A stretch of DNA of 64,000 nucleotides. Source: Phoronis australis. Lineage: Eukaryota; Animalia; Phoronida. The stretch spans positions 66,733 to 130,732 of the forward strand of contig NMRA01000612.1 in NCBI GenBank assembly GCA_002633005.1. Direction: 5' to 3'. A program made the translations under genes and the position numbers. The number at the start of each line of letters is the position of its first letter. The first letter of the stretch is position 1. This document shows, piece after piece, positions 24,501 through 36,500 of this stretch. The notes below the pieces were generated by a model. It did no database searches. It saw nothing but the letters and a program-made list of their open reading frames with translations, and was not told the origin of the DNA.

Positions 24501-27500
24501 AGTGTGACTAGATTATGGCAAGGTATCTTTTGCGTTTGTTCTTACCCATTTCTAGTTCAATATTCTAGAATTTTATCCAACCTCTCTTGTGAAAAGTTGC
24601 AGTGATGTCAGGTATACATATAAAAATGATTAATGAGAATGTTTGTACCCATCAGGCTGAGCAAGACACAATGGCAGATGCTGAAGAGAAGATTGCCAAG
24701 TTGATCACACAACGTACAGACATGGAAGCACAGCTGAAGGAAATGGAGGATCGACTGATGGATGAGGAGGATGCAACTGCTGAGCTAGAGGGTGTTAAAA
24801 AGAAAATGGAGGCTGAGGCTGACGAACTGCGGAAGGATGTGGAGGACCTTGAGTCAGCTCTTGCTAAGGTGGGTAGTGGCACTGTTGTGGGGCGGGTGAT
24901 GTGGAAATTGTAACATTTAGTAAGGATAACGTCATTGACTGTGACTGTCTTAGAGGAACATATAGTTGTGTTTTGTTGGCTACAGTGTAAGGGATGGAAG
25001 TGGTCAGGGGGTAGTTTATGCTGGTAGTGATGTTGTAAAAGAAGGGGTAGCATTTAAGTGGCAATGGTATTTAACAGATGAAATGTATAGTAGCATTTTG
25101 GTGATGATATCTTAGTGAAACAAATAGCAAGATTTAATAGAAGGCGGGTCAGTGTCTGAGGTGCAGTGATTCTGTAAAAGTAATGGTAGTGTTTTGATGG
25201 TTGGGGGAACAAATGGCTGCATGAGTGTGTTAAGACAGATTATCTATGTAACAATGGTGAAGCTCATACGCATGTGTTGTTTACACAGTCTGAACAAGAA
25301 AAGACCACGCGGGACCACCAAATCAAAACCCTACAAGATGAAATGGCCCAACAAGACGAAGCTATTGCCAAGCTGCAGAAGGAGAAGAAAAATATGGACG
25401 AAGGCAACAAAAAGCTGCTGGAGGACCTACAGGCTGAGGAAGACAAAGTGAACCACCTCAATAAACTCAAGTCCAAACTGGAACAGACTCTGGACGAGGT
25501 GAGCCACTGGTGGCCATGTTGGATTAGGCTGCAGCACTTAGCCCACATAGTTCATAGTACATAATATATTCGCTTGTTCTGATGTCTGTGACTGCAGACA
25601 CCATTTCTGGGTGTCACAGTTTATTGAGAGTTCACTTTCCTGCTATTGTAGTAGTAACCATTCGGCAGCCACATTGAATGTTTAGTGCATTGTACATGGT
25701 GAAATGGTTGACGGAGAGGTTGCATTGCCAAGTATTTTTTGATTCTGTACAAGAAATAAATCAATGATTTGATAAAGACTTGAAGTGGACATCAAGAGTT
25801 GAAGTTGTAACAGCAACTATTCACTCCTCAAAATGAAGTTGACTGCAATGTCAGCCAGATTTATTGGCTTATTTTAAAATTTCTATGATTTCCTGACTAT
25901 TAAGCATCTCTGTCTTCTTCTTTGCATATTTAGCTGGAAGACAACCTGGAACGTGAGAAGAAGCAGCGTGCTGATGTAGAGAAGGCCAAGAGGAAAGTGG
26001 AGGGTGACCTGAAGATGACACAGGAGACAGTGGAGGACCTAGAGAAGGTGAAGAGAGATCTGGAGGACAATGTCCGCAGGTACGTGCAGCTGTAACAATG
26101 GGTTGGGTGGTCGTGGGGGTAGGACAATAATTGGGTTGTTTGTGGGCACCACACTGCAGCTGTGGTAGAGGGTTGGTAGGTCATGTGCAGATTACTGCAA
26201 CTTAGGCAATGTGTTGGACTGTCATGTGTGTCATTGAAATGGTATTCTTGTTGGTCCAAAACTTCAAGGGGCATTAAAGGTTATCTAGGTGCCACGAAGC
26301 TTGATGTACATTATTGTATGATCTCTGTTATAACAACTTTCCATTGTGTTTTGTTCCATTCATCTGATTGGGAATATATATTTTGTAGGAGGGACCAGGA
26401 AATCAATGGCCTCAACTCCAAACTTGAGGACGAGAAAAATATTGTTGCACAACTCCAGAAGAAGATCAAGGAACTACAGGTAAGCACTTGTTTACATGCT
26501 TCCAACTACTTCATAGTATTTTCACTGTTGTTTCATTGTCTGGGAAGTTTTCAAGGGTGTGTGGAACTGATGGAAAGGTGGTCGCTGATTTGTGTGTATT
26601 TTGTGTGAAGTTAATGTGAACTGTCATGGAAGTGACTTGTCAGAGCAAGGTGTGACCGAGATGTTATCCTGTAGTGAGAGAGATCAAGTATAGTTAGAAA
26701 ATTGTCATTGAGCTGCAGCCTTTGAAATGAATGATCATTCTGTGCAAATGCACACATTTGACCAATCAGACGGGACCCTTATCCCATGAATGACTCCTGC
26801 TTTGTGTTCTCACTCTATTCAGATTCATGAAGGACCATTTCTTGCCACCATGTGTCTTGAAATTTATGGCAGCATGTTTTAACCACAACAGCTAGGGTAA
26901 CTGGTCTTGAAGTATTTCTTCGATTCACGTCTATTCTCTGATTCCAAGTTGCAAGAAGAAATAGATGGGTGTGTGTATGCATGTTGTAGAAATCCAAAAC
27001 AAATACAAATTTTTCCCTGACATAATCTGAATTGTAATTACATTTTCCTTTTATTAATTATGATCATCATTTAATGAATTCCTCGCTACGACATTTGCAA
27101 ATACATTTTTAAACTAATACTTCATATTATTACTAAGATATCTTGATTGAATGCTTTCTAAACACAAACTTTGAGCATCTTTTCCAAAAATAACAATTTT
27201 CTTCAGTAAAACATTAAATTAATATTTCATATTATTACTAAGGTAATAATCTTGATTGAATGCTTTCTAAACACAAACTTTGAGCATCTTTGCCAAAAAT
27301 AACAATTTTCTTCAGTAAAACATTAAATTAATACTTCGTATTATTGCTAAAATATTTTTCCAAAAAACAACAATTTCCTTGAGTAAAACATTGTTTTCAA
27401 AAAATTAATGAATGTGCTTGTAATACATTTCTTCATGCAAGTTGATAAAATTACTTAATATCAGTGTTTTAAATGAAAGTTTTGTATTTTCGTATTTTCG

Positions 27501-30500
27501 TACAAATTGTCTCCACATTTATATGTATGTGAACCTTAACTAGGACAACTCAAAAGAGAAAGCATGAAATGGCTTCCTTTCCCCATATTCTGTAGTGTGG
27601 GTGTGTTGAGGTGGATCAAGTTACATTCCTCTTCTTCTCTTGACTATAAAAGGAAGCACCAGTCTGTCTATGACCTCCAGACAGTAGTAATTAGGGTTTG
27701 TCTCCTATTAATATCAGCTGTTACCAGAACTTGGTATTCTCTTGTTTTTTTAAAGATTTTGTTCACGGTGACTGCTTGTGCTTGTGTAACTGAAAGTGCT
27801 ACTCAAGCATAAGGACAGGAGCAGTTAATAGATGTCTAGGTTGTGCTCCATGGCCCAGTTTTGAATAACGTATTTTCCAGACTCAGTTGTATGCCTTGGT
27901 GACAATACAATGCTATTGAATATCTCACATTTTGACTTGTTCCTTGAAAATATCAAGCTGTATCATTTAATGTTGATGGTTGAATATTCTCCAGATGATC
28001 TCATGGTTTATGTACGGTTGTTATTCTGGTAGCTTAATTTGGATTGGGATTTTCCAAATTCTGGGGCTCATCAAGGGACTGCAATAAACACATTTGGGCA
28101 TGTGTTTTACATTATCTTTTCAACAGCAGCAGGTTCATACAATCCAGGAACAATTTCAGAAATCATGCTTGTTCAGGGGCCATTCAGTTTTGATGGTCCA
28201 TTACATGGATTGGGAAGCTTTACAGTGTGCAATTGTTAACTTACAAAGATGCATGCCTCATTTGATTTGGCAGTCTGGCCAACCCACTCTTGTGTGTGCC
28301 GTTAATCTTCTGGCCGTGTTTTCACCTGATTGGATTGTGGAATGGAATTCCAATTAACCTCCTAGGAACCCCAGCCATTTTATTGGTCTGCCCAATGTGC
28401 CATCCTTTTAAGGCACAGTCAAGATGGTGTAGACATAAACACCGTCAGTCAGCCAACAGAGTGTTGCTAACAGTCATCACACCTTAGCGGCCTGATTTAT
28501 CATTTGTGGATGGGCTGTTGAGCATAAACACTCTGTCTGTGTGTGTCTGTTCCTCTCACTGGGTCTCATCCTAAGCAACTGCTGCCATGGCTGATGTGGA
28601 AGTGCAGAATAGCTCTATTGAGAGCTTTGCTGATTCTCAGCTCTCTGATCCTGAGGAGTCAATCACTGTAGTCAGGAAGACAGTGAACTCTACACCACAA
28701 GGGACTGTCAAAACTGTCAATGTTTCTTCGTCACAGTCACGCAGCACCTTCAATGCCAGCAGTGCTGAACAGGACATTATTTCCAACAGGCCCTTGGCTT
28801 TCAGCCGTGGCAGCGTGGACCCTTTCGTCAACCCTCATCTCAGTGCAAGGAGTAAAAAAATCATCAGGGAGAGCTTTGATCTACAGGCAACTTCCCCTGG
28901 ACTAAGACATTTGTTTGAAGTGGGTATTTGTGCCATTGTTTACTTCCATGGCATAATTAATCTGCTTCAGCTTAAGCTATCAATATTCCAACATTTGAGT
29001 TGCTTAATTATGCCAACCTGGGCCTGCCTCCATTAGATTGTTGTTTTGAAAGGTTTGTCTTTTCTGAAAACTAGACGTGAACACTAAATTTCACCCGTGT
29101 GATGATGGATTTGAATGTTGGACAGTAAGTTGGTTTGTGGATATGAACGATAAGTGTGAATGAGAAAGAAATGGGTTTTTCCTTTTATCTTGGCTTTATC
29201 TGCTTTGTTCTGCAGTCCTGGAATCAATACTATTGTATCAGTACATTAAAAGTGCTTCATTAGTGCCTACTTGCATAGTGATGTTGTGACAGTTACTAAC
29301 CTCAGCTGCAGATGGTTTTCCGATGCCATACAATTGGAATTTTTTCAGATCTGCATTAAACATGTTTAGTTCAGTTGTAAAGCATTTGTTATACTTTATT
29401 TTCATGCTACTATAGCCTTAAGTTAACTACGTGTGCCATGTGTGAATGTAAATGTTTGTTTAAAAAGTGCTGATGTTGGCAATAATCTTTTACAGGCCCG
29501 CATCGAAGAATTAGAAGAAGAACTTGAGGCTGAGAAGGCATCACGTATGAAGGTAGGGGGCACTCCGTTTTTACCTTACCTGAGCTTGTAAAAGTTTATT
29601 GAGATGAAGTTTGGGAGGTCCTGGTCAATCAACTTGAACTGGAGATGTAAACCAATATATCTGTCCTTGGAGTTCACATTCCATGTGGTTATAATATAAA
29701 CAAGGCAATGTGGTCTTTAGATTTGGCTGGTAAAATGTTGCTTAATGACACAAAAATGAAATAGTGTTTTTTATTGCTTTACTTGGCTTTACAATTGTAA
29801 GACATAGTGTAATGAGACATTCTTTAATCAGACAATCAAAACTTTGAACAAGGCTCATTATAATATAAAATGGGCAATGAAACATTAGTATGTGTATTCT
29901 TCAGATTTGGCTGGTTTAATGTTGCTTAAAGGCATAGAAATAGAATAACAGTTTTTAGTGCTTTTGCTTAGATTTACAATTATAGGAGATACTTTATTGA
30001 GATAATCAAAACTATGAAGGGTCACCCTCTGTTTACTGGAGATATTTTATCTCTGTCTGGTATGGCTTATACTGGGTTGTAAATCCCTGCAGTATATTTC
30101 CATCCATTGGAAGTGTATTCAGAGAAATTCTAAATCACTTAGTCATGCTGGAGTAATCCTGCAATCTGACAATGTCAGTCTGGTTCAAATGCCACAGACA
30201 TACCTTAAGCTGTTCTTGATACCTCAGACAGCTACCCTTAACCGTCTTAACCAATACCATATTTGTTCATATGCCAGTGCAGCGGATACTTGGGAAAATC
30301 AGTTTTTGTAACTTTGGTTTTGAGTAAATTCTTTAACTTACCTGGCATTATTTACAATAAAACCTTCCTTATGTATGCCCATGTTGGTTTATGAATTGTG
30401 CTAAGCAAAGCCCGCTGAATTGAAATAGTTACATATTCAAGAGGCTTAATGAAGTCACCCAATTATCTAATCTTGGAAATGTAAGTAAACAAGTGTTTAA

Positions 30501-33500
30501 TGTTTAGTTTCCCTGTCCTTTTCCACAAGCCCACTGCCCTGGAATGACTATAGGGTATTTATACATATCCCGATGGTATTCAGTTCCACCTGCATTTTAA
30601 AGCCTTTGTACACTGGTCACTTTAGGTTGAGAAGCAACGTCAAGAACTCGCCAGAGAACTTGAGGATCTCAGCGAGCGTTTGGATGAGGCAGGTGGCGCC
30701 ACTGCTGCCCAGGTAAGACACCACATCTGCCTAACTTATATTTTTAGGTGCACACAATTAGATCAGTTTTTTTGTGGATTTAGAAAACTAGTTCTCTCCA
30801 CTCAGTAACTTGTATGAAACTGCTGGTTGACAAAATCCAGCACCCCTGTGAGTGACTTTTGCCAATTTTTTTACTGTCACCAATGTTTTACCTGATGAAA
30901 GTGTTAGACACCACATCAGTTTGTATCTTATGTTAGATTAAGTTCAACGAGCTAATTAGTGGGAGCTTAATGTTTATTTTTGACTGCCACAAATGCTTTG
31001 CCTGATGAAAAAGGTTAGACAATACACCTTTCTACTTTGTATTTTAAGTAAGCTTACACTCATTGAACTAATTAGTGGGTGCTAAGTGTTTATTTACGAC
31101 TGCCAGGAATGCTTTAAGTGATGAAAAGGTAGATGATACACCTGTCTATCAAAACTTTCATTCTTGAACTCGTTAGTGGGAGCAATGTGTGACTGCCATG
31201 AATGTTTTGATTTGTAAAAACCTGTTCCTTTCGAGCAATGCATTTTCGTCATAAGATACAGGAATCAGTCATTAAGATGCCATGTTGCTGCAAATCTTTT
31301 CTAGCTGTTTGTATACATCTTATTCTTTTGTTTAGGTTTCTTATTGACATTTTATTAAATGAGCATTGATCTTTAGAATGCAATCTGTTTAGTCATTGAA
31401 TGCAAGGTGGTGTCCAGCGCAAGAAATTTGTAGTCTTCTTCTTTAGGGGGCCTTGCTTGTTCTCTTATGTCAATTGTAGGTAACTAAATAATCATACCAG
31501 ACATTGTTGAGATTAGAAAAAGACATGTGGACTTGGTTTATGGGTGATAACACCTGATAACTCTCAGTTGAAGTGTTTTTATCTGACGTCACTGATCTAG
31601 TTCACTAGCTTAGTAGGCACACATAAGAAATGTGCTCACTTTATCTGAAGGATGGTCTATATCTCAACAGTGTTTGATTTATGTAACCACTAACGGGATC
31701 AAACAAATTTGAGTATTGTGCATTGAGAAGCATTTGAACCAGTCTTCTTACCAATAACCATGGACATCTCAGTGGCAAGGCTGAAAATTAGACACAAGCT
31801 GAAATCACTAAAAGCTGGTTACCATGGCAATGATGAGAGCAGATTGAGGCCACATGCACTTGTTGCTGAGAGGCACTTGAACATGACTTGGCCTCATGAG
31901 GTATTGACACTTGAAGTAAATTCTCTAAGTGGTAGTTGTCACCATTTCTACTATTGCCAATGACAGGCTTGAACTCTTAGCAGGCAGCTCAGAGATCTTT
32001 TGTTTGTAATTATTTATTTACTATAATTTCTTGTTCACAGGAGCTCATGGCTCATTGGCTAATTGATGACAAAATTTTATTTTATGTTAAATTGTTGCCA
32101 CTAATTTTCATCAGATTAATTTTCAACATTTGTCAGTTTTTTTTGTTTTCTGTTCAGTTGCCATAGTTATTGATTTCAAGACAGGTGTAATAACCATTAG
32201 AGAACAGGGTTGTCTCCTGTCCAAGTGTTCACCTGAGCCAACATGCAGGTGAAGACTTGTTATCTGCCACGATGCTTCAAGGAGCCTAGAAGACCCTGCC
32301 AACACTGATAAAACTCTTGAAATGAATAAGACTGGTATCTGATTTGGATAACGAATTGGCTCTAAACCACCCTTGAAATTAACGCAACTGAACTTTTACA
32401 AAATTTTATCCAGACGGAAAATTTGAAATTTCAGAACCACTCCCATGCTATGCCAATTGTCTATTCGTCTGTGGTCATTTTTTATTCCCCTCACAATGGT
32501 ATGTGATAGGTGAAAGATTTACAGCATTCAACCTAGATAACCCCATGGGTTTGTTGACTAAGCAGTTCATATCTCAGTAGATATTAGCTTGCGATTTGGG
32601 ACACAGGTCTGGAGTGGTGATTTGATGTGTGGTCTGTGTCTCTAGCTTGCACATCTGTATGCAGTCTCGCACTTCCCTGCAGGAGACTGTGTGATAATGC
32701 TCTGCTTGGAGAGTTGAGATGGCTTGTAATGGTGTAAGAAAGCCTAGTCAGGGGTCCACTGAACAGGATGTGGACCCCTCTCAGTGGGACGACATTTGCT
32801 TGGAGCTACAGGTGTTAACAAGATTGAGTTATCTTGTGCTGTTAACGTGGCTTACATATTTACACTAGATTAGGATCTTCCTTGTGAGGCATTTTCAGTT
32901 ATTTATAGATATATCAATTAGATTTCACAAAATTCAATATAAAGCATCTCTTCAAAATTGTAACATTAAGTCAGCTGGTATAAGTATGAGTTCAGACATG
33001 TTTCTTGGCAGTGCAGAATGCAGTGATTGTGTTATAACTTGCTTAGTTTTAAATTTGTAATGTGGTTTCAGTATCTTAATCTCTTATGTTTTACTTTCTT
33101 CAAGAAGATAAGTATTCCTTTGCGACATGAAGATGTATTTCATTTGTGTTATCTCAATGTGTTCCACAGGTTGAACTCAACAAAAAACGTGAGGCTGAAC
33201 TCCAGAGACTGCGACGGGACCTGGAGGAAAGTGCCATGCAACATGAGGCTGCTATGGCCGCCATGCGCAAGAAACTGCAGGATCAGTCTGCCGAGCTGTC
33301 AGAATCAGTTGATGCCCTACAGAAGGCCAAGTCTAAGTAAGTTATGGATTGTATGTCTACTTTTTACTAGACAAAGTGGAACTCTTTTGATGTCCTAGTT
33401 GTTGTTAGAAAAAATGTTGATGTTGATGTTGATGTTGTTGTTGTTGCTGTTATGATTGATAATGGAAGTTTACTGATGCAATGTTAGTAGTCAGTTAATG

Positions 33501-36500
33501 GAACATCAGACAGAGCATTGGTGCTAACTAAAAACATTTGGATTTCAGGGGTGTTAGTTGGAAATTTGCTTGTGCAACAATGGCAGTTATCAATGGAATT
33601 TAGATGTGCTCTTCAACTAATAGTCTTCAATGAGTGTACGAATGACTTCATGGCAAGTCTTTATTTTTGAGGTTCCATTTTCTTTTGTTAATATATTCTT
33701 ATAAACTTTCCATGCCATGTTCTTTAGGAAAGAGACATGTATGCCTTATCTCCAAATGGACAGATCTGTTTAATCATCTTCTAATCCAACACCTGCACAA
33801 GAGAATTGTAAACAATACAGATGTAATAGCTTGTCATCTGTTATGACAAATGTCACGTGACAAATGTCACGTGACAAATGTCACGTTCTGATGACGATGG
33901 ACCTGACTTCTGTTAGGAGATAGTGTAATGCTGTCACATTCAAGTAATGTTGAGCACTACTTTGGCGGGTCAAAAGTGACCACCTTCAACATAAGATGAA
34001 GTAAGATAAAATAAAGAATCCAAAAATAAGGTCTATCATCTCCTATCAGACCATAGTATAAACATACTGGAAGTGTTAAGTTGTTTTATTTCTCGACTCA
34101 TTTTTATGACCCTCACAAAATTAATCAACATTCGACACTCGACAATGTGTGGAACAGGATGTCACAATGTTATAGTTGTGTTAGTACTCAATATGCCTCT
34201 AGTCTGGATCAATAATGATAACTGCAATAATAGTAATACTGGGCTCCTCCCACGTGTGACTGTTCTGGAGAGCCTTGTGTTAACACTAATCGCTGTTGCA
34301 GACTTGAAAAGGAAAAGTCGCAGCTGCGTGCCGAATTTGATGATCTTCAGTCTCAGCTTGAACATGTTATGAAGGGCAAGGTAAACCCTATGGGAGGCCT
34401 GCCGTGTGGACTAGGCGTGACGGTTACCCTTGTTTGACTTGATGTACACAGCTCACAATGTTAGCGTGCACACACACACTTGACTATCAGTGCAATATTG
34501 TTGTAGTCACCAGAAACAATGCACGGACTTAGGTTTTGGTTAGCACTGAGCGTGGATAGATCAATTGGTAGTATGCAATGCAGTTTTCTCCAGTCCTAAA
34601 AATTGCATTTCTGATTCTGATTTCAAACCAAAGCTCTTATTTGCTATTTAGTTAGTTTTTTTGCCATGGAAGCATGAAAACATTTGTGAGCTGTCACTTA
34701 AGAGCAGAGCAGTGATTTACCCCCTGATGGCAGTGCAAACTCAACTGCCCCACCTCTCCCTCAATGGCCGCAATGTTTGTTGTTTCCCTCACATGCATGG
34801 AGAGTTCTTACCCTCTATTATTGCAGAATGGAAAAAGAGCGTAATCAGCTACAATCGGAAGTTGAAGATTTACTGGCTAACTTAGAAAATCTTGAAAAAA
34901 ATAAGGTATATTGGTAAAAATTCGGGATGCGGTCTTGCTGAATCTTTCAAAAATGTTTTCTCCATTTAGCTGCTGGCTTAGCTTGCTTTTGCATTTATTT
35001 CAAGAAAACACATCTTAAGGAGGAGCTTTTGTATACAACGTGTATTTTGTCATCCAACTTTCTCCCCTTCCTTGTGACAATTCAACACATGTGTCTGTCT
35101 CTGTAACTTCTCTCCAGCATAATCATTCCTATTCACCTGTTTTTAGCTGTGTCATCTTGACATATTGCATGCTTTCAGCAATAATGTTCCTGAAGATTTG
35201 TTCTCTTTTCTCAATTTGTTGGTCATTGCCTAGTTCCTGAGGAGGTGTGGAACTTAACCCATAATTTAGTTCATGTTTCATTCACAAGGAATGATACTAG
35301 CAATTAGTCTTTCAAAATCAACCTACTGATCCCAAAAATAAAATAATAACATTTTTATTCTTTCATTTCTCACAAAATGGATGATTCCACACATCCTTGG
35401 GATAATGCTAAGCTTTAATTAGTTATGTTTTTAAAATTAATTGTGAAGTAAGTATTCTTGGTGATAATTACATTAAGAATTTACTATTGAACTAGAGATC
35501 ATACTACATTCAAATTGTTCACCGTTAATTGTAATGTGGTACTAAACGGTGTCAATTGTTTCCTTGCAGAAAAAATTAAATTGTTTGCTTGATTCATGAG
35601 TGAAATGACTGCATAATAAAGTGTACAGTTACTAATCTCTGGAGCTTAACAATGTATGTATGTTTAGTGTGAAGGAAATAAGTTAGCCATTCTAAATACC
35701 GGTACACCCGTCCACTTTTGTAGAACAATGCTGACAAACTGGCTAAGAATTTGGAGTCACAACTGGTTGAGGTGAATGCACGCGTTGACGAGAATGTACG
35801 CGTGATTAACGACCTGAACTCTAGCAAGGCTCGCATGCAGACTGAGAATGCGGACCTTTCGCGCCAGCTAGAGGAGGCTGAGCACAACATTGGCCAGATC
35901 ACCAAGGCAAAGAATGCCCTCAACGCCAGCTTGGAGGAAGCCAAGAGAAGTCTGGAAGAGGAGAGCCGTGTGAGTAAAGGCTAAAGATGAAGTGTCTCTA
36001 GCTGTCATAATTTTGAATGTAGGAAACAAGAACTTGTAAAATACTCTGTAATGGAATGACTGAGCTGTTAATTATCAATAGTAAATGTGCCAGCATACTC
36101 AGTGAAACTGATATTACCCAATTTTCTGTCATTTCTTTGCAGGGTCGCCAGAAGTTGACCACAGAGTGCCGCAATATGCAGGCTGATCTCGACACAATGC
36201 GTGAACAGCTTGAGGATGAGGCTGAGGCCAAGTCAGAAGTCCAACGTCAACTGTCCAAGGCCAACGCCGAGGTGCAGACCTGGAGATCGAAGTTCGAGAG
36301 TGAGGGTATGGCCAGGACTGAGGAGCTGGAAGAGGCAAAGCGCCGCCTTGCAGCCAAATTGCAAGAAGCAGAAGCTGCTTTGGAGCAGGCTCAAGGTAAA
36401 ATCAGTTCATTGGAGAAAGTCAAGAACAGACTTACTGGAGAGCTGGAGGATCTAAGCATTGATGTGGAGAGGGTAAGTCTTCAATTAATTTTTACATGTT

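Noticed and set aside
27645-27652. TATAAAAG as promoter of the catchin-like exon
   Set aside because: About 940 bp from the ATG with no clear linking exon; cannot be supported from sequence alone
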